Shown in pieces: positions 1 through 7,605 of a stretch of 52,892 nt of DNA. Source of the stretch: a virus. Its lineage: Duplodnaviria > Caudoviricetes. Within the stretch, counting starts at the first letter, position 1. Every line of letters starts with the position of its first letter. Below the pieces are notes generated by a model. That model had not been told where the DNA came from. It saw nothing but the letters and a program-made list of their open reading frames with translations, and did no database searches. Both the position numbers and the translations under genes were made by a program. The stretch spans positions 1-52,892 of the IMG/VR virus record IMGVR_UViG_3300003937_000378; one strand, 5' to 3'.

Positions 1-357
1 GGCGCGCTGCCAGCGCTCACGCGCCTGCTGCCGGGCCACGGCCTGGCGTTGCGCACGCTCGGCCTGCTGCTGGCGCTGGGCGCGCACCACGGCCTCGCGC
101 AGCATCGCGCGGTCGGCCTCGCTCAGCGCCTCTCCTCCACCCTCGCACCAGGACTCATTGAGCCCGGTCTTCCAGTTGCCATAGGCACCGGCCTGCGGCG
201 GGCCTGCGTGCAGCACATACCAGCCGCTGCGCTGGCCACTGCCATCGCCCTCGGCGCGTACGCGGCACAGACGGCCATTGGCCAGGACAGATTCGCCCGT
301 GCCGACGCATAGACCTGCCGCACGCAGTGCCGCAATGAATCCCTCAGGCCGCGTCAT
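1..357 (-). CDS. Toprim-type primase, N-terminal part (TraC/COG4643-like), truncated by the window edge
   Basis: Not in the ORF track. My translation from ATG 357: MTRPEGFIAALRAAGLCVGTGESVLANGRLCRVRAEGDGSGQRSGWYVLHAGPPQAGAYGNWKTG..., open to base 1. The GWYVLH..GAYGNWKTG motif plus coiled coil is typical of satellite primases. Confidence 0.8.
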   Translation of the reverse strand, partial: MTRPEGFIAALRAAGLCVGTGESVLANGRLCRVRAEGDGSGQRSGWYVLHAGPPQAGAYGNWKTGLNESWCEGGGEALSEADRAMLREAVVRAQRQQQAERAQRQAVARQQARERWQRA

Positions 358-982
358 CGTCGGCCTCCAGCTGGCTGCTGTGACGGGCGTTGGCCAACAC
401 GGCGGCGAGGTCCTCATGCACGTAGGCGGCGCTGAACGCTACAGCCTCAAAGGGCACCGCCATGCGCTCATCGACGCTGGCCAGCAGCAGTGCAGCCGAG
501 CGTGCACGCTCCACGCGATTGAAGCTGTCCTCGCTGATCCAGTAGCCAAAGGGCATGGGGGCAGCGCTGCGCGAAAGCGCTTGCGGCGGCGCGGCAGCAG
601 CCTGCTCGGCTTGCAGGTCGGCCAACTGCAAAGCCATGCCTCGGTCGAACTGTTCCTGCGACTCCGCAGGCGCGAACAACGACAGGCGCACGCGCACCCG
701 CGCCGCGACGGTGGCCAGCTCCAGGCAATCGCGCTCCAGCGGCCACAGCAGGCGCTCGCGCAGGCGGTCCTCCAACGGATGGCCTTCCAGCGCCTCATCC
801 AGTTCGCCACTGAGGATGGCCAGACGACGTGAGGCCTTGTTGTGCAGCCGCTCGACGCGGCGAGCCACCTCGACAATATGGGCGGTACGCTCGGCATCGA
901 ACCAGGTATCGGTGATGGTGGCGCTGAGTACGCCATCGGCCACGCCCGGTACGCCGGACACACTCACGGTTTCCGTGTTCAT
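344..982 (-). CDS. hypothetical satellite protein (C-terminal part resembles XAC0095-type domains, tentative)
   Basis: 212 aa, overlapping start/stop with both neighbours, protein-like composition. Confidence 0.7.
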   Translation of the reverse strand: MNTETVSVSGVPGVADGVLSATITDTWFDAERTAHIVEVARRVERLHNKASRRLAILSGELDEALEGHPLEDRLRERLLWPLERDCLELATVAARVRVRLSLFAPAESQEQFDRGMALQLADLQAEQAAAAPPQALSRSAAPMPFGYWISEDSFNRVERARSAALLLASVDERMAVPFEAVAFSAAYVHEDLAAVLANARHSSQLEADDDAA

Positions 983-1194
983 GCAGTCACCTGCGCATCA
1001 CGGACCATGGCCAACAACTGGCCTACGGAGAGTGCTTCCAGTGCACCGGGTCGGCGTTCCAGCGCGTTCACCAGCTGCGACAGTGCGGCCATCGGCATCG
1101 TATGGATGCGCTGCAACTGACACACAGCGCTGAACAGGTCATGCGTGGCCGCATCGTCGTTGGCGACGGCAGCATTCAGGGCGAGAGCGTTCAT
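979..1194 (-). CDS. small hypothetical satellite protein
   Basis: 71 aa, ATGA overlaps at both ends. Confidence 0.7.
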   Translation of the reverse strand: MNALALNAAVANDDAATHDLFSAVCQLQRIHTMPMAALSQLVNALERRPGALEALSVGQLLAMVRDAQVTA

Positions 1195-1697
1195 CGCGCG
1201 GCCTCCTGGACGGTGGCGGCAATGGCGTGTTGCACCTCGCCCAGCGTCAACGCCTCGGGGGCCTTGCCGGTGGCCTCAAGGCGCGCAGTCAGCGCCAGCC
1301 AGCGGGAATGGTCCCAGTCGAGGGTGTCGGCGATTTCGCCAAGATGGTGTGCGATACGGGTGGCAAAGCGCGACGGCGCGGCCAGGGTGTCGAGAGACAT
1401 GGCAGGATCCTTGTGTGAAATTGGATCCGCCAACTCGCTGCTAAACGAGGTGACGGACGGTACGCGGTTAGCAGACCGGCACAAGGACCGGCAGGCCTTT
1501 CGGCCTCCGCGCACCGCCCGCCATAGAACTGGCAAGCAATCGCCCGCGACGACACAGCGAGCAATAAAAAAGCGCCATGCATCGGTCGATGGGCGCTGGT
1601 GCGCCTTGTGAGTCGGGCTGCTAAACCCGGTCGCCGATTGTGCGGCGACGGGGCAATGCTGCGCCTGGTGAGCGGGTGCTGTCAACAGTTGCGTCAT
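1191..1697 (-). CDS. ash: Ash-family ORF; an internal start at 1400 gives a 69-aa protein (MSLDTLAAPS...)
   Basis: SATGFSSP...RFF...GGRKACRS...ANRV pattern typical of ash/eta ORFs that span the immunity RNA; internal ATG 1398-1400 with AAGGA Shine-Dalgarno. Confidence 0.7.
   Translation of the reverse strand: MTQLLTAPAHQAQHCPVAAQSATGFSSPTHKAHQRPSTDAWRFFIARCVVAGDCLPVLWRAVRGGRKACRSLCRSANRVPSVTSFSSELADPISHKDPAMSLDTLAAPSRFATRIAHHLGEIADTLDWDHSRWLALTARLEATGKAPEALTLGEVQHAIAATVQEAAR
1449..1525 (-). ncRNA. C4/CI-type antisense immunity RNA
   Basis: Minus strand ATGGCGGGCGGTGCGCGG-AGGCCGAAAGGCCT-GCCGGT CCTTGTG CCGGT CTGCTAA CCGCGTACCGTCCGTCACC forms a cloverleaf. Loops CCTTGTG and CTGCTAA are complementary to CACAAGG/TTAGCAG targets at 1604-1624 and 1409-1444. 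Confidence 0.85.
1565..1624 (-). promoter_or_regulatory. upstream antisense target (a1/b1-like) plus conditional terminator
   Basis: Minus strand GGGTTTAGCAGCCC..CACAAGG followed by hairpin AGCGCCCAT..ATGGCGCT and a T-run. Confidence 0.7.
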
Positions 1698-1978
1698 CGC
1701 CGTGCCTTGCGTGGGGTCACGGGTTCTGGCGCGGCCTGTGCACTGAGCGCGGCGCGTTCAGCGGAGCTGCTGATGGGCAGGCAGACGTCCCCCCTCGGGC
1801 ACGCACTCTGCGTATGCGTACGCACGATTTCGGTGTAGGCCGAGAACGTGTGACCGCACAGCGCATTGCGGCACTGGAGCACGGATTCGCGCAACAGTTT
1901 GGAATGCAGCACGCTGGTGCGCACGATGGCGGGCGTATCGCAATGCGGGCAGCGCAGGAAGGCTCTGGATTGGCTCAT
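1694..1978 (-). CDS. ogr: Ogr/Delta-family zinc-finger late-gene activator
   Basis: CPHC...AIVRTS...QCRNALCGHTF signature. Confidence 0.93.
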   Translation of the reverse strand: MSQSRAFLRCPHCDTPAIVRTSVLHSKLLRESVLQCRNALCGHTFSAYTEIVRTHTQSACPRGDVCLPISSSAERAALSAQAAPEPVTPRKARR

Positions 1979-1987
1979 TGCAGTGCC

Positions 1988-2191
1988 TCAGCAGTCAGTG
2001 ATGGAACGGCTGCCCGCGACACCACGCGACAGCGCGATGCGGCCACCTTGCTCAGTCCGACTCTGCGAGAAATTCAGTGCCAGGTTCGGCTGCGCCACAG
2101 CTGTGCGCAGATGCTCAGCCAGGAACTTCGCCTCTGCCGGGCTGAGGCTGAATTTCTGGTTGGAGATGGTCAAGGTGATGGTGTCTTTCAT
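1988..2191 (-). CDS. small hypothetical protein
   Basis: 67 aa from ATG 2191, overlapping the alpA stop (ATGA). Confidence 0.6.
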   Translation of the reverse strand: MKDTITLTISNQKFSLSPAEAKFLAEHLRTAVAQPNLALNFSQSRTEQGGRIALSRGVAGSRSITDC

Positions 2192-2460
2192 GGCTGCACT
2201 CGCAGGTGGGTGTCGGGAATGTGGGTGGCAATCCACGCGTCCACGTCCGACTCCAACCAGACAGTTACGCGCGGGGAAAGGGGGATCGATGCGGGGAACC
2301 GGCCGCGCCTCATCAGCCAGTACAGGTGCGAGCGGGAAATGCCGGTGCGACTGAGCACTTCGGGCTTGCGCAGGAAGCGTTCACCGCGTGCGGCGTCAGG
2401 CCGAGAATGATCGGCAGGCTGACCGGGTGCGGTCGCCTGAGGGGCTGGGGAACCAAGCAT
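2188..2460 (-). CDS. alpA: AlpA/Vis family regulator-excisionase
   Basis: FLRKPEVLSRTGISRSHLYWLMRRGRFP..I.LSPRVTVWLESDVDAWI. Confidence 0.93.
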   Translation of the reverse strand: MLGSPAPQATAPGQPADHSRPDAARGERFLRKPEVLSRTGISRSHLYWLMRRGRFPASIPLSPRVTVWLESDVDAWIATHIPDTHLRVQP

Positions 2461-2927
2461 GTGAGAGGTCGCGGGGCTGACGTTTAGTCAACCGCCGCCC
2501 TGTGTTGTGGGCTTGGTTAGAAGGCTAGAGACAGCTGCCGCTCAACTCACGCAGCACGATGTGTAGGGAAAATTTTTACAGTATTTTGTAAAATTACACA
2601 TGACGAATTCCCCTTGACGGCGCACGTTCTCGATGCGAAAGCCAACTGGCGGGAGCTGACAATCGAGCGCAGCAGTCAAGCCGCCCGACTGGTTGCGCAG
2701 GACAAACGGACGCGCCTGGCAACCTGCTGCTCCAAGCCGACGGCGCAAAATGTGCGGCGAGCGAACTATCGATTACCGGCGGGTTCGGTCTGGTCATCGG
2801 CCGTCATGACGACAACTCGGCGGCCTACAAAGCCACCCGCTGGCCGGAAAGAGGCTGCGGCAGAGCCATTCAATCGGCGTGCGCCATCGATCCAGATACG
2901 TCCAATGTGGATCGATAGGGCGCAGCT

Positions 2928-3040
2928 GTAACCAGCGTAACCAGCTGTAACCAGTGAATGCGGCGCTCCGAAAATGGACGCAACCGACTGATTTTTAATA
3001 CGTTTCTCAGCGGTGTAACCAGTGTTACCACTGTAACCAG
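2928..3040 (+). repeat. two triplets of GTAACCAG iterons flanking an IHF site (crr/ori-like)
   Basis: GTAACCAG at 2928, 2937, 2947, 3015, 3033 and GTTACCAC at 3024; the reverse complement of 2981-2993, AATCAGTCGGTTG, fits WATCARNNNNTTR. Confidence 0.75.
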
Positions 3041-3082
3041 CAGAAACAGTAAGTTAGAAATGAAAGATGGAAGAACGGGAGG

Positions 3083-4273
3083 TCAGCTGGAGGCTCTCAA
3101 GCCGTCCAGATAGTCCGCCCACGCCTGCATCATTTTTGCCCGCTCAATCAGGTGAGCCGTACGGTTGTATGCCCGTCCGTTGGGATCACGCACAGCGTGT
3201 GCAAGCTGGTGCTCGATGTAGTCCGGACGGAAGCCCAGCACCTCATCCAGCACAGTGCGCGCCATCGCGCGGAAGCCATGCCCGGTCATTGTGTCGGAGT
3301 CGTAGCCGAGGCGACGTAGCGCCGCGTTGATCGTGTTCTCACTCATGGGCCGCCCCTTGCCACGCACACTGGGAAACACGAACTCTTTCCGTCCAGTCAG
3401 CGGGTGCACAGACCTAAGAATCGCCACAGACTGCGAAGCCAATGGAACAACGTGCGATTGGCCGGTCTTGCTTGCCGTGAACCGCCATTCGCCATTGTCC
3501 AGGTCGATGTCCGACCATCGTGCACGACGAAGCTCACCAGGGCGAACGAATACCAGCGGCGCTAGGCACAGGGCCGCCATGACAATCGGTGATCCTTGAT
3601 AGCCGTGTATTGAGCGCAGCAGTTCTGCGATCTGCTTGGGCTCAGTCATGCTGGCGAAGTGACGCCCTTCGGGCGAAGTGAGCGCTCCTTTCAGATCCTC
3701 TGCCACGTTTCTGTCTGCACGTCCTGTCGCAATCGCGTATCGAAGAACCTGGCTGACCAGCATCCGCGCCCGATGTGCAGTTTCGACCGCGCCGCGCCCC
3801 TCGATCTTGCGCAGCGTCTCCAACAGTTCACGCGCTGTGATCGCCGCAATGGGTCGTTGCCCGATGTACGGCGTCAGATCTTTCTCGATCAAGCGCGTCT
3901 CTCGTTTCACCGACCCGGCAGACAGCTTCTTGGCTCTCATCGCCAAGTGTTCGCGCGCCAGCGCCTCGAATGTGTTGGTGGCCAGTTCCAAGCTGGCCAC
4001 TTTCTGCGCCTTGCGCTGCTCGCCCGGATCAACACCTTCGGCCAACAGCTTTCGCGCAGCAGCATGGCGCTCGCGCACGGACGCCAGGCTCACCTCTGGA
4101 TAGGTGCCAAGCGACAGCGTGTTGCGCTTGCCGGTCACAGGACGCCGATAGTCCCAGCGCCACCATCTGGCGCCATCAGGTTTCAGCAGCAGGTACAGGC
4201 CTCCACCGTCTCGCAGCTTCTGCACGGCAGCGGTGGGCTTGGTCCTGCGAATGGCGGTATCGGTCAATGACAT
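3083..4273 (-). CDS. int: P4-family tyrosine integrase (arm-binding N-domain)
   Basis: MSLTDTAIR...DGGGLYL; catalytic VRPGE, HGFR, LAH, RAYN. Start moved to ATG 4273. Confidence 0.96.
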   Translation of the reverse strand: MSLTDTAIRRTKPTAAVQKLRDGGGLYLLLKPDGARWWRWDYRRPVTGKRNTLSLGTYPEVSLASVRERHAAARKLLAEGVDPGEQRKAQKVASLELATNTFEALAREHLAMRAKKLSAGSVKRETRLIEKDLTPYIGQRPIAAITARELLETLRKIEGRGAVETAHRARMLVSQVLRYAIATGRADRNVAEDLKGALTSPEGRHFASMTEPKQIAELLRSIHGYQGSPIVMAALCLAPLVFVRPGELRRARWSDIDLDNGEWRFTASKTGQSHVVPLASQSVAILRSVHPLTGRKEFVFPSVRGKGRPMSENTINAALRRLGYDSDTMTGHGFRAMARTVLDEVLGFRPDYIEHQLAHAVRDPNGRAYNRTAHLIERAKMMQAWADYLDGLRASS

Positions 4274-4276
4274 GGT

Positions 4277-4340
4277 GGCGGTAACTGATTCGGCGGTAAC
4301 AGGTGTAGAGCGGGTGGAGGTTACCGCCAAAGATACCGCC
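4277..4340. repeat. integrase arm-type binding sites of the satellite
   Basis: GGCGGTAAC at 4277 and 4292; inverted GTTACCGCC at 4320 and GATACCGCC at 4332, between int and att. Confidence 0.7.
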
Positions 4341-4454
4341 AGAGAAGCCTGGATGCTCCTGGATCACATAGGACGCAATCAGACGCAAAAAAAGCCGAAA
4401 CCCCTGTTTTTTCAGGATATTTCAGCCTTCATAGGACGACATAGGATCATCAAT

Positions 4455-4499
4455 TGGTGGGCCCATCAGGATTCGAACCTGAAACCAAGGGATTATGAG
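4455..4499 (-). pseudogene. 3' half of tRNA-Ile2/Met(CAT): att junction between satellite and prophage
   Basis: Minus strand CTCATAA TCCCT TGGTT TCAGG TTCGAAT CCTGA TGGGCCC A CCA. The sequence 5' of the anticodon loop (GAGGC) cannot form the anticodon stem, and there is no D arm. Confidence 0.9.
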
Positions 4500-4547
4500 G
4501 CCTCTACATGGCTTCCACGACCTTCCATGAGCGGCCCCGTTTTAAGC

Positions 4548-4636
4548 TAAGTGGTTGATTTTCTCAGGATGTGAGACCACCTGTGCCCATCATCGTCCAC
4601 CACTTTCCACGGACAAACGGTCACCGAGCGGTCACC
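4548..4636. promoter_or_regulatory. prophage att arm: IHF site and arm-type repeats
   Basis: Reverse complement of 4548-4560, AATCAACCACTTA, is a perfect IHF consensus; CGGTCACC at 4618 and 4629. Confidence 0.7.
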
Positions 4637-4637
4637 A

Positions 4638-5969
4638 ATGGGCGCGATGAAGGGAATGCTTACAGCGAAGGGACTGGCCGCCTTGCCGGTCGGCGAATGG
4701 GCCTCCGATCCGGCCCCGCGTGGCACCGGCTGTCTGGACGTGCGCAAGCTGGCTGGTGGGCACCTGCGGTTCTACTACCGGTACACGAAGGCCAACGGGC
4801 AACGCGACCGCCTGCTGATCGGCACGGGCTTGGCACTGACGGCAGCGCGCGAGGCAGCGGCGGAATTGTCCCGCCGGTACCAGGCCGGCGAGCGGGATCT
4901 GCGCGACTCGATGACCGCCGAAGCTGCGGCAGCGGAGCGCGCGAAGGAAGAGGCGCTGGCCGAATCGACGCGCCGATCAGGCGCCACTCTCGGTGCCCTG
5001 ATGCTGGCCTATGCCCAGAGCCTGAAGGACGCCGGAAAGGTGTCTGCCGACGCCACCCGAGCGTCCATCAAGCGCCACATCGAGAAGCCGTGGCCAGCCC
5101 TGTGGGCGCGCCCTGCATCCGAGCTGGAACTGGACGACCTGATCCCGATCCTGTCGCGCCTGGTGCGCGGCAAGAAGATGCGCGAGGGTGGCAAGGTCAG
5201 GTCGTACCTTCGCGCAGCCTACGCGGCAGCGATCGCGGCAAAGCAGGACGCCGCCGCCCCTGACGCGCTGCGTGCGCTCAACGTGTCCAGGAACCCAGCG
5301 CGTGACTTGGCCACGTTGGACAGCGGGCAACCGCGCGACCGGGTTCTTTCGGTGGCGGAGCTTCGGGCCTACTGGCGCAGGATCGAGGCCATTCCCGGGC
5401 GGCCTGGAGCGCTCCTGCGCTTCCACCTGCTGACCGGCGGCCAACGCATCGCTCAGATGATCCGGCTGCAATGGTCAGATCACGATCACGACGCCGACAC
5501 CGATACCGGCTCCGTCCGCCTGCTCGACATCAAGGGCCGGCGGCGCCTGCCGCGCGTGCATCTGGTGCCGCTGCTCCCCCGCATCGCCACGGATCTCGAA
5601 ACGTTACGCGGTGACGGTGAAGGTCCGCACCTGTTCTCGCTTACCGCCGGTAAGAAGGCGGCCAGCTATGACGAGTTCCGGGGCATCATGGACCCGGTGG
5701 TGGCCAGCATGGTTGCCGCAGGGGAACTGGCATCGCCGTTCACGCCAGGCGACCTGCGCCGCACAGTGGAAACTCGGCTCGCGGCGCTGGGCCTGTCCGA
5801 GGAAGTTCGTGGCCACCTGCAGTCCCACGGCCTGAGCGGCGTCCAGAAGCGGCACTACAACTTCTTCGAGTACGACGCAGAGAAGCGCGCTGCCGTTGAG
5901 GCACTGCTGGAATTGCTCACCGGCTCCGGCGCTACGGTGCTGCAGATGCGCAAGGGCTCGGGCCGCTAG
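4638..5969 (+). CDS. int: prophage tyrosine integrase
   Basis: Arm-binding N-terminus, RDRVLS..EL, LLTGGQR, GDLRRT, SH, RHY; adjacent to the tRNA fragment. Confidence 0.92.
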   Translation: MGAMKGMLTAKGLAALPVGEWASDPAPRGTGCLDVRKLAGGHLRFYYRYTKANGQRDRLLIGTGLALTAAREAAAELSRRYQAGERDLRDSMTAEAAAAERAKEEALAESTRRSGATLGALMLAYAQSLKDAGKVSADATRASIKRHIEKPWPALWARPASELELDDLIPILSRLVRGKKMREGGKVRSYLRAAYAAAIAAKQDAAAPDALRALNVSRNPARDLATLDSGQPRDRVLSVAELRAYWRRIEAIPGRPGALLRFHLLTGGQRIAQMIRLQWSDHDHDADTDTGSVRLLDIKGRRRLPRVHLVPLLPRIATDLETLRGDGEGPHLFSLTAGKKAASYDEFRGIMDPVVASMVAAGELASPFTPGDLRRTVETRLAALGLSEEVRGHLQSHGLSGVQKRHYNFFEYDAEKRAAVEALLELLTGSGATVLQMRKGSGR

Positions 5970-6184
5970 AACGGCAAGTCATCTGGAAGGTCCAGGCCTA
6001 CCAGACGGCTGGCGGCGCGCTGATGGCCGCTGGCCACCTGCCGGAGCCGTTGTGCACTCCGCTGTCGGCGCGCACGGGACCGCCAGCTCCCCGAGGTATC
6101 CCGTTCGAGATCCGATGCCTGCTGCAGCTTGGCCGCAGCCTGGGCCTCCAGTGATGCCTGACTACTTCCACGATAGGTCATCAT
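5966..6184 (-). CDS. small basic hypothetical protein
   Basis: 72 aa from ATG 6184, helical, ends DDLPF, convergent with int. Confidence 0.5.
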   Translation of the reverse strand: MMTYRGSSQASLEAQAAAKLQQASDLERDTSGSWRSRARRQRSAQRLRQVASGHQRAASRLVGLDLPDDLPF

Positions 6185-6256
6185 CAGAGCTTGGCACCAC
6201 GCTGTCGCGCAGAACGCGACGGTCCAACAACCTCCCCCACTCAACCGCCAGCGGGC

Positions 6257-6282
6257 AAAAAAAGGGCCCCGGAGGGGCCCTT
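6257..6282 (-). terminator. intrinsic terminator of the protease moron
   Basis: AAGGGCCCC-TCC-GGGGCCC-TTTTTTT on the minus strand. Confidence 0.88.
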
Positions 6283-6304
6283 ATTCGGTCATCGACCGTG
6301 GATA

Positions 6305-7345
6305 CTACTCAGCACTAGGCTCTGATGCGTCGGCTGGCACACCACTTCCCGCCTGCGCTCCATTGCGTCCTGGGCGAACTCGAACGCGCGTACCACCTGC
6401 CCCTGGATTCCCGGCGTCCACTGGCTCTCCACGGCTCGGTTCGGAGCTTGGGGCTGCGCTTGGGTCTGCGTTTGCAGCTGGAATGTCGGATTCATGGGAC
6501 GTACCTTCGTGGGAATTGGGAAGAACCGGGAAATCGATGAATCGGGGTTGCTGGTGCTCGCTGGGGTATTGCAGCATCCCCCAAGCAAACTGAACGAGAG
6601 CGTTTTCCGCAGCGGTCAGCGGGGACACCCTCTTGAAGAGGTTCGAAGCTTCTTTTCGGTCAATGACGAAGCTATGAGACGGGTAGTCATTGATCAGTGA
6701 TTTTAAGGCGTCATCCTTAAGGTTCTGCGAATAGCTATCCAGCCGCCCGCCGTACTCAAAGGCGATTCGAGTAGCACGCTGGAGCTCTCCGAGCCGCAGG
6801 GGATCCACCTGGTTCAGGAGCGGCGCAGCCATGGCAGCACCAATGTGGGCAGCCATTTCCGCAGCCAGCTTGGTCGATAGCCCCATCCGCCTGGCTTCGC
6901 CCAGCATCTGGTGGTACCCCCACCGCACATGCTGTCCTACGACACCAAGGGCTTCTGTGATGTCCAGCCCAGAACTGCGCTCCTGCAGCTCGGTTCCCTT
7001 GAACACCTGGACGTCGAGAGGGCCCAACTCGCCCCGGTCGCCAATACCGAGCTCATTGGCAGCAATCGCGATCAAGGTGCCGGCACTCTTGCACCAGCTC
7101 GGGACTGCTACCCGGAGCCCATCCTTGTAATGATGACGGAGACAGCGAGCGATGCGGTATCCACCGTCCGGGTCGCCACCGAAGGTGCTCAGAACGACAG
7201 TAGCCCGCGGCTTGAGCGGCCGGCTCGCAAGCAAGTCGCTGAGCTGTGAGTGCAGCTCCCGCGTGATCGGGCTTGCGATAACAATGTAGTCGCGCCCCGG
7301 ATCTTCGCCCGAAAGCATGTCCAAAACCTCTGCGTACGTTGACAC
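6305..7345 (-). CDS. ClpP-fold serine protease (SDH/SppA class), moron
   Basis: STFGGDP, CKSAGTLIAIAA, ELGPLDVQ, YPSHSFVID motifs; GTG start with a strong purine SD; own terminator. Confidence 0.88.
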   Translation of the reverse strand: MSTYAEVLDMLSGEDPGRDYIVIASPITRELHSQLSDLLASRPLKPRATVVLSTFGGDPDGGYRIARCLRHHYKDGLRVAVPSWCKSAGTLIAIAANELGIGDRGELGPLDVQVFKGTELQERSSGLDITEALGVVGQHVRWGYHQMLGEARRMGLSTKLAAEMAAHIGAAMAAPLLNQVDPLRLGELQRATRIAFEYGGRLDSYSQNLKDDALKSLINDYPSHSFVIDRKEASNLFKRVSPLTAAENALVQFAWGMLQYPSEHQQPRFIDFPVLPNSHEGTSHESDIPAANADPSAAPSSEPSRGEPVDAGNPGAGGTRVRVRPGRNGAQAGSGVPADASEPSAE

Positions 7346-7540
7346 CCTTCCCCCTATGAACGCCGTCCTGGCCGGCGAATCTTACACCGCGTTCCACACT
7401 TTCCAGATATCCCCCCATTCTCACGCCCTGAGAAATTCTGAACGAGATTCCATCCATTAAGGATTGGGAGGCCTCCACTAGAGGTCATGCAACTGGCGTG
7501 CCACGCGGGAAGCGCCAAATTTATGCCTCACCTCCATGAG

Positions 7541-7556
7541 TTAGTAATTGTACTAA
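7541..7556 (+). promoter_or_regulatory. Xanthomonadales-type LexA (SOS) box
   Basis: TTAG-TAATTG-TACTA matches TTAG-N6-TACTA, 50 bp upstream of umuD. Confidence 0.85.
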
Positions 7557-7605
7557 TATGCGTGCCGTCTCGACTCGTGAGACAAGCCGCTCCCAGAGTA
7601 CGCCC

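Larger units (their letters stand above)
1..4454 (-). mobile_element. P4-like phage satellite / integrative element (partial, continues left of window)
   Basis: Gene order int - iterons - alpA - small ORF - ogr/delta - ash(C4 RNA) - small ORFs - primase, all on the minus strand, directly downstream of a tRNA 3' end. Confidence 0.85.

Noticed and set aside
2614-2931. + strand ORF as a satellite repressor
   Set aside because: TTG start, no SD, no HTH or other recognisable motif; possibly a decayed gene, cannot be supported
4455-4530. Intact tRNA gene
   Set aside because: Only the anticodon loop to CCA is present; the 5' half is missing
7053-7478. ORF upstream of and overlapping the protease
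   Set aside because: Overlaps the protease out of frame for most of its length, has low-information composition and covers the likely promoter
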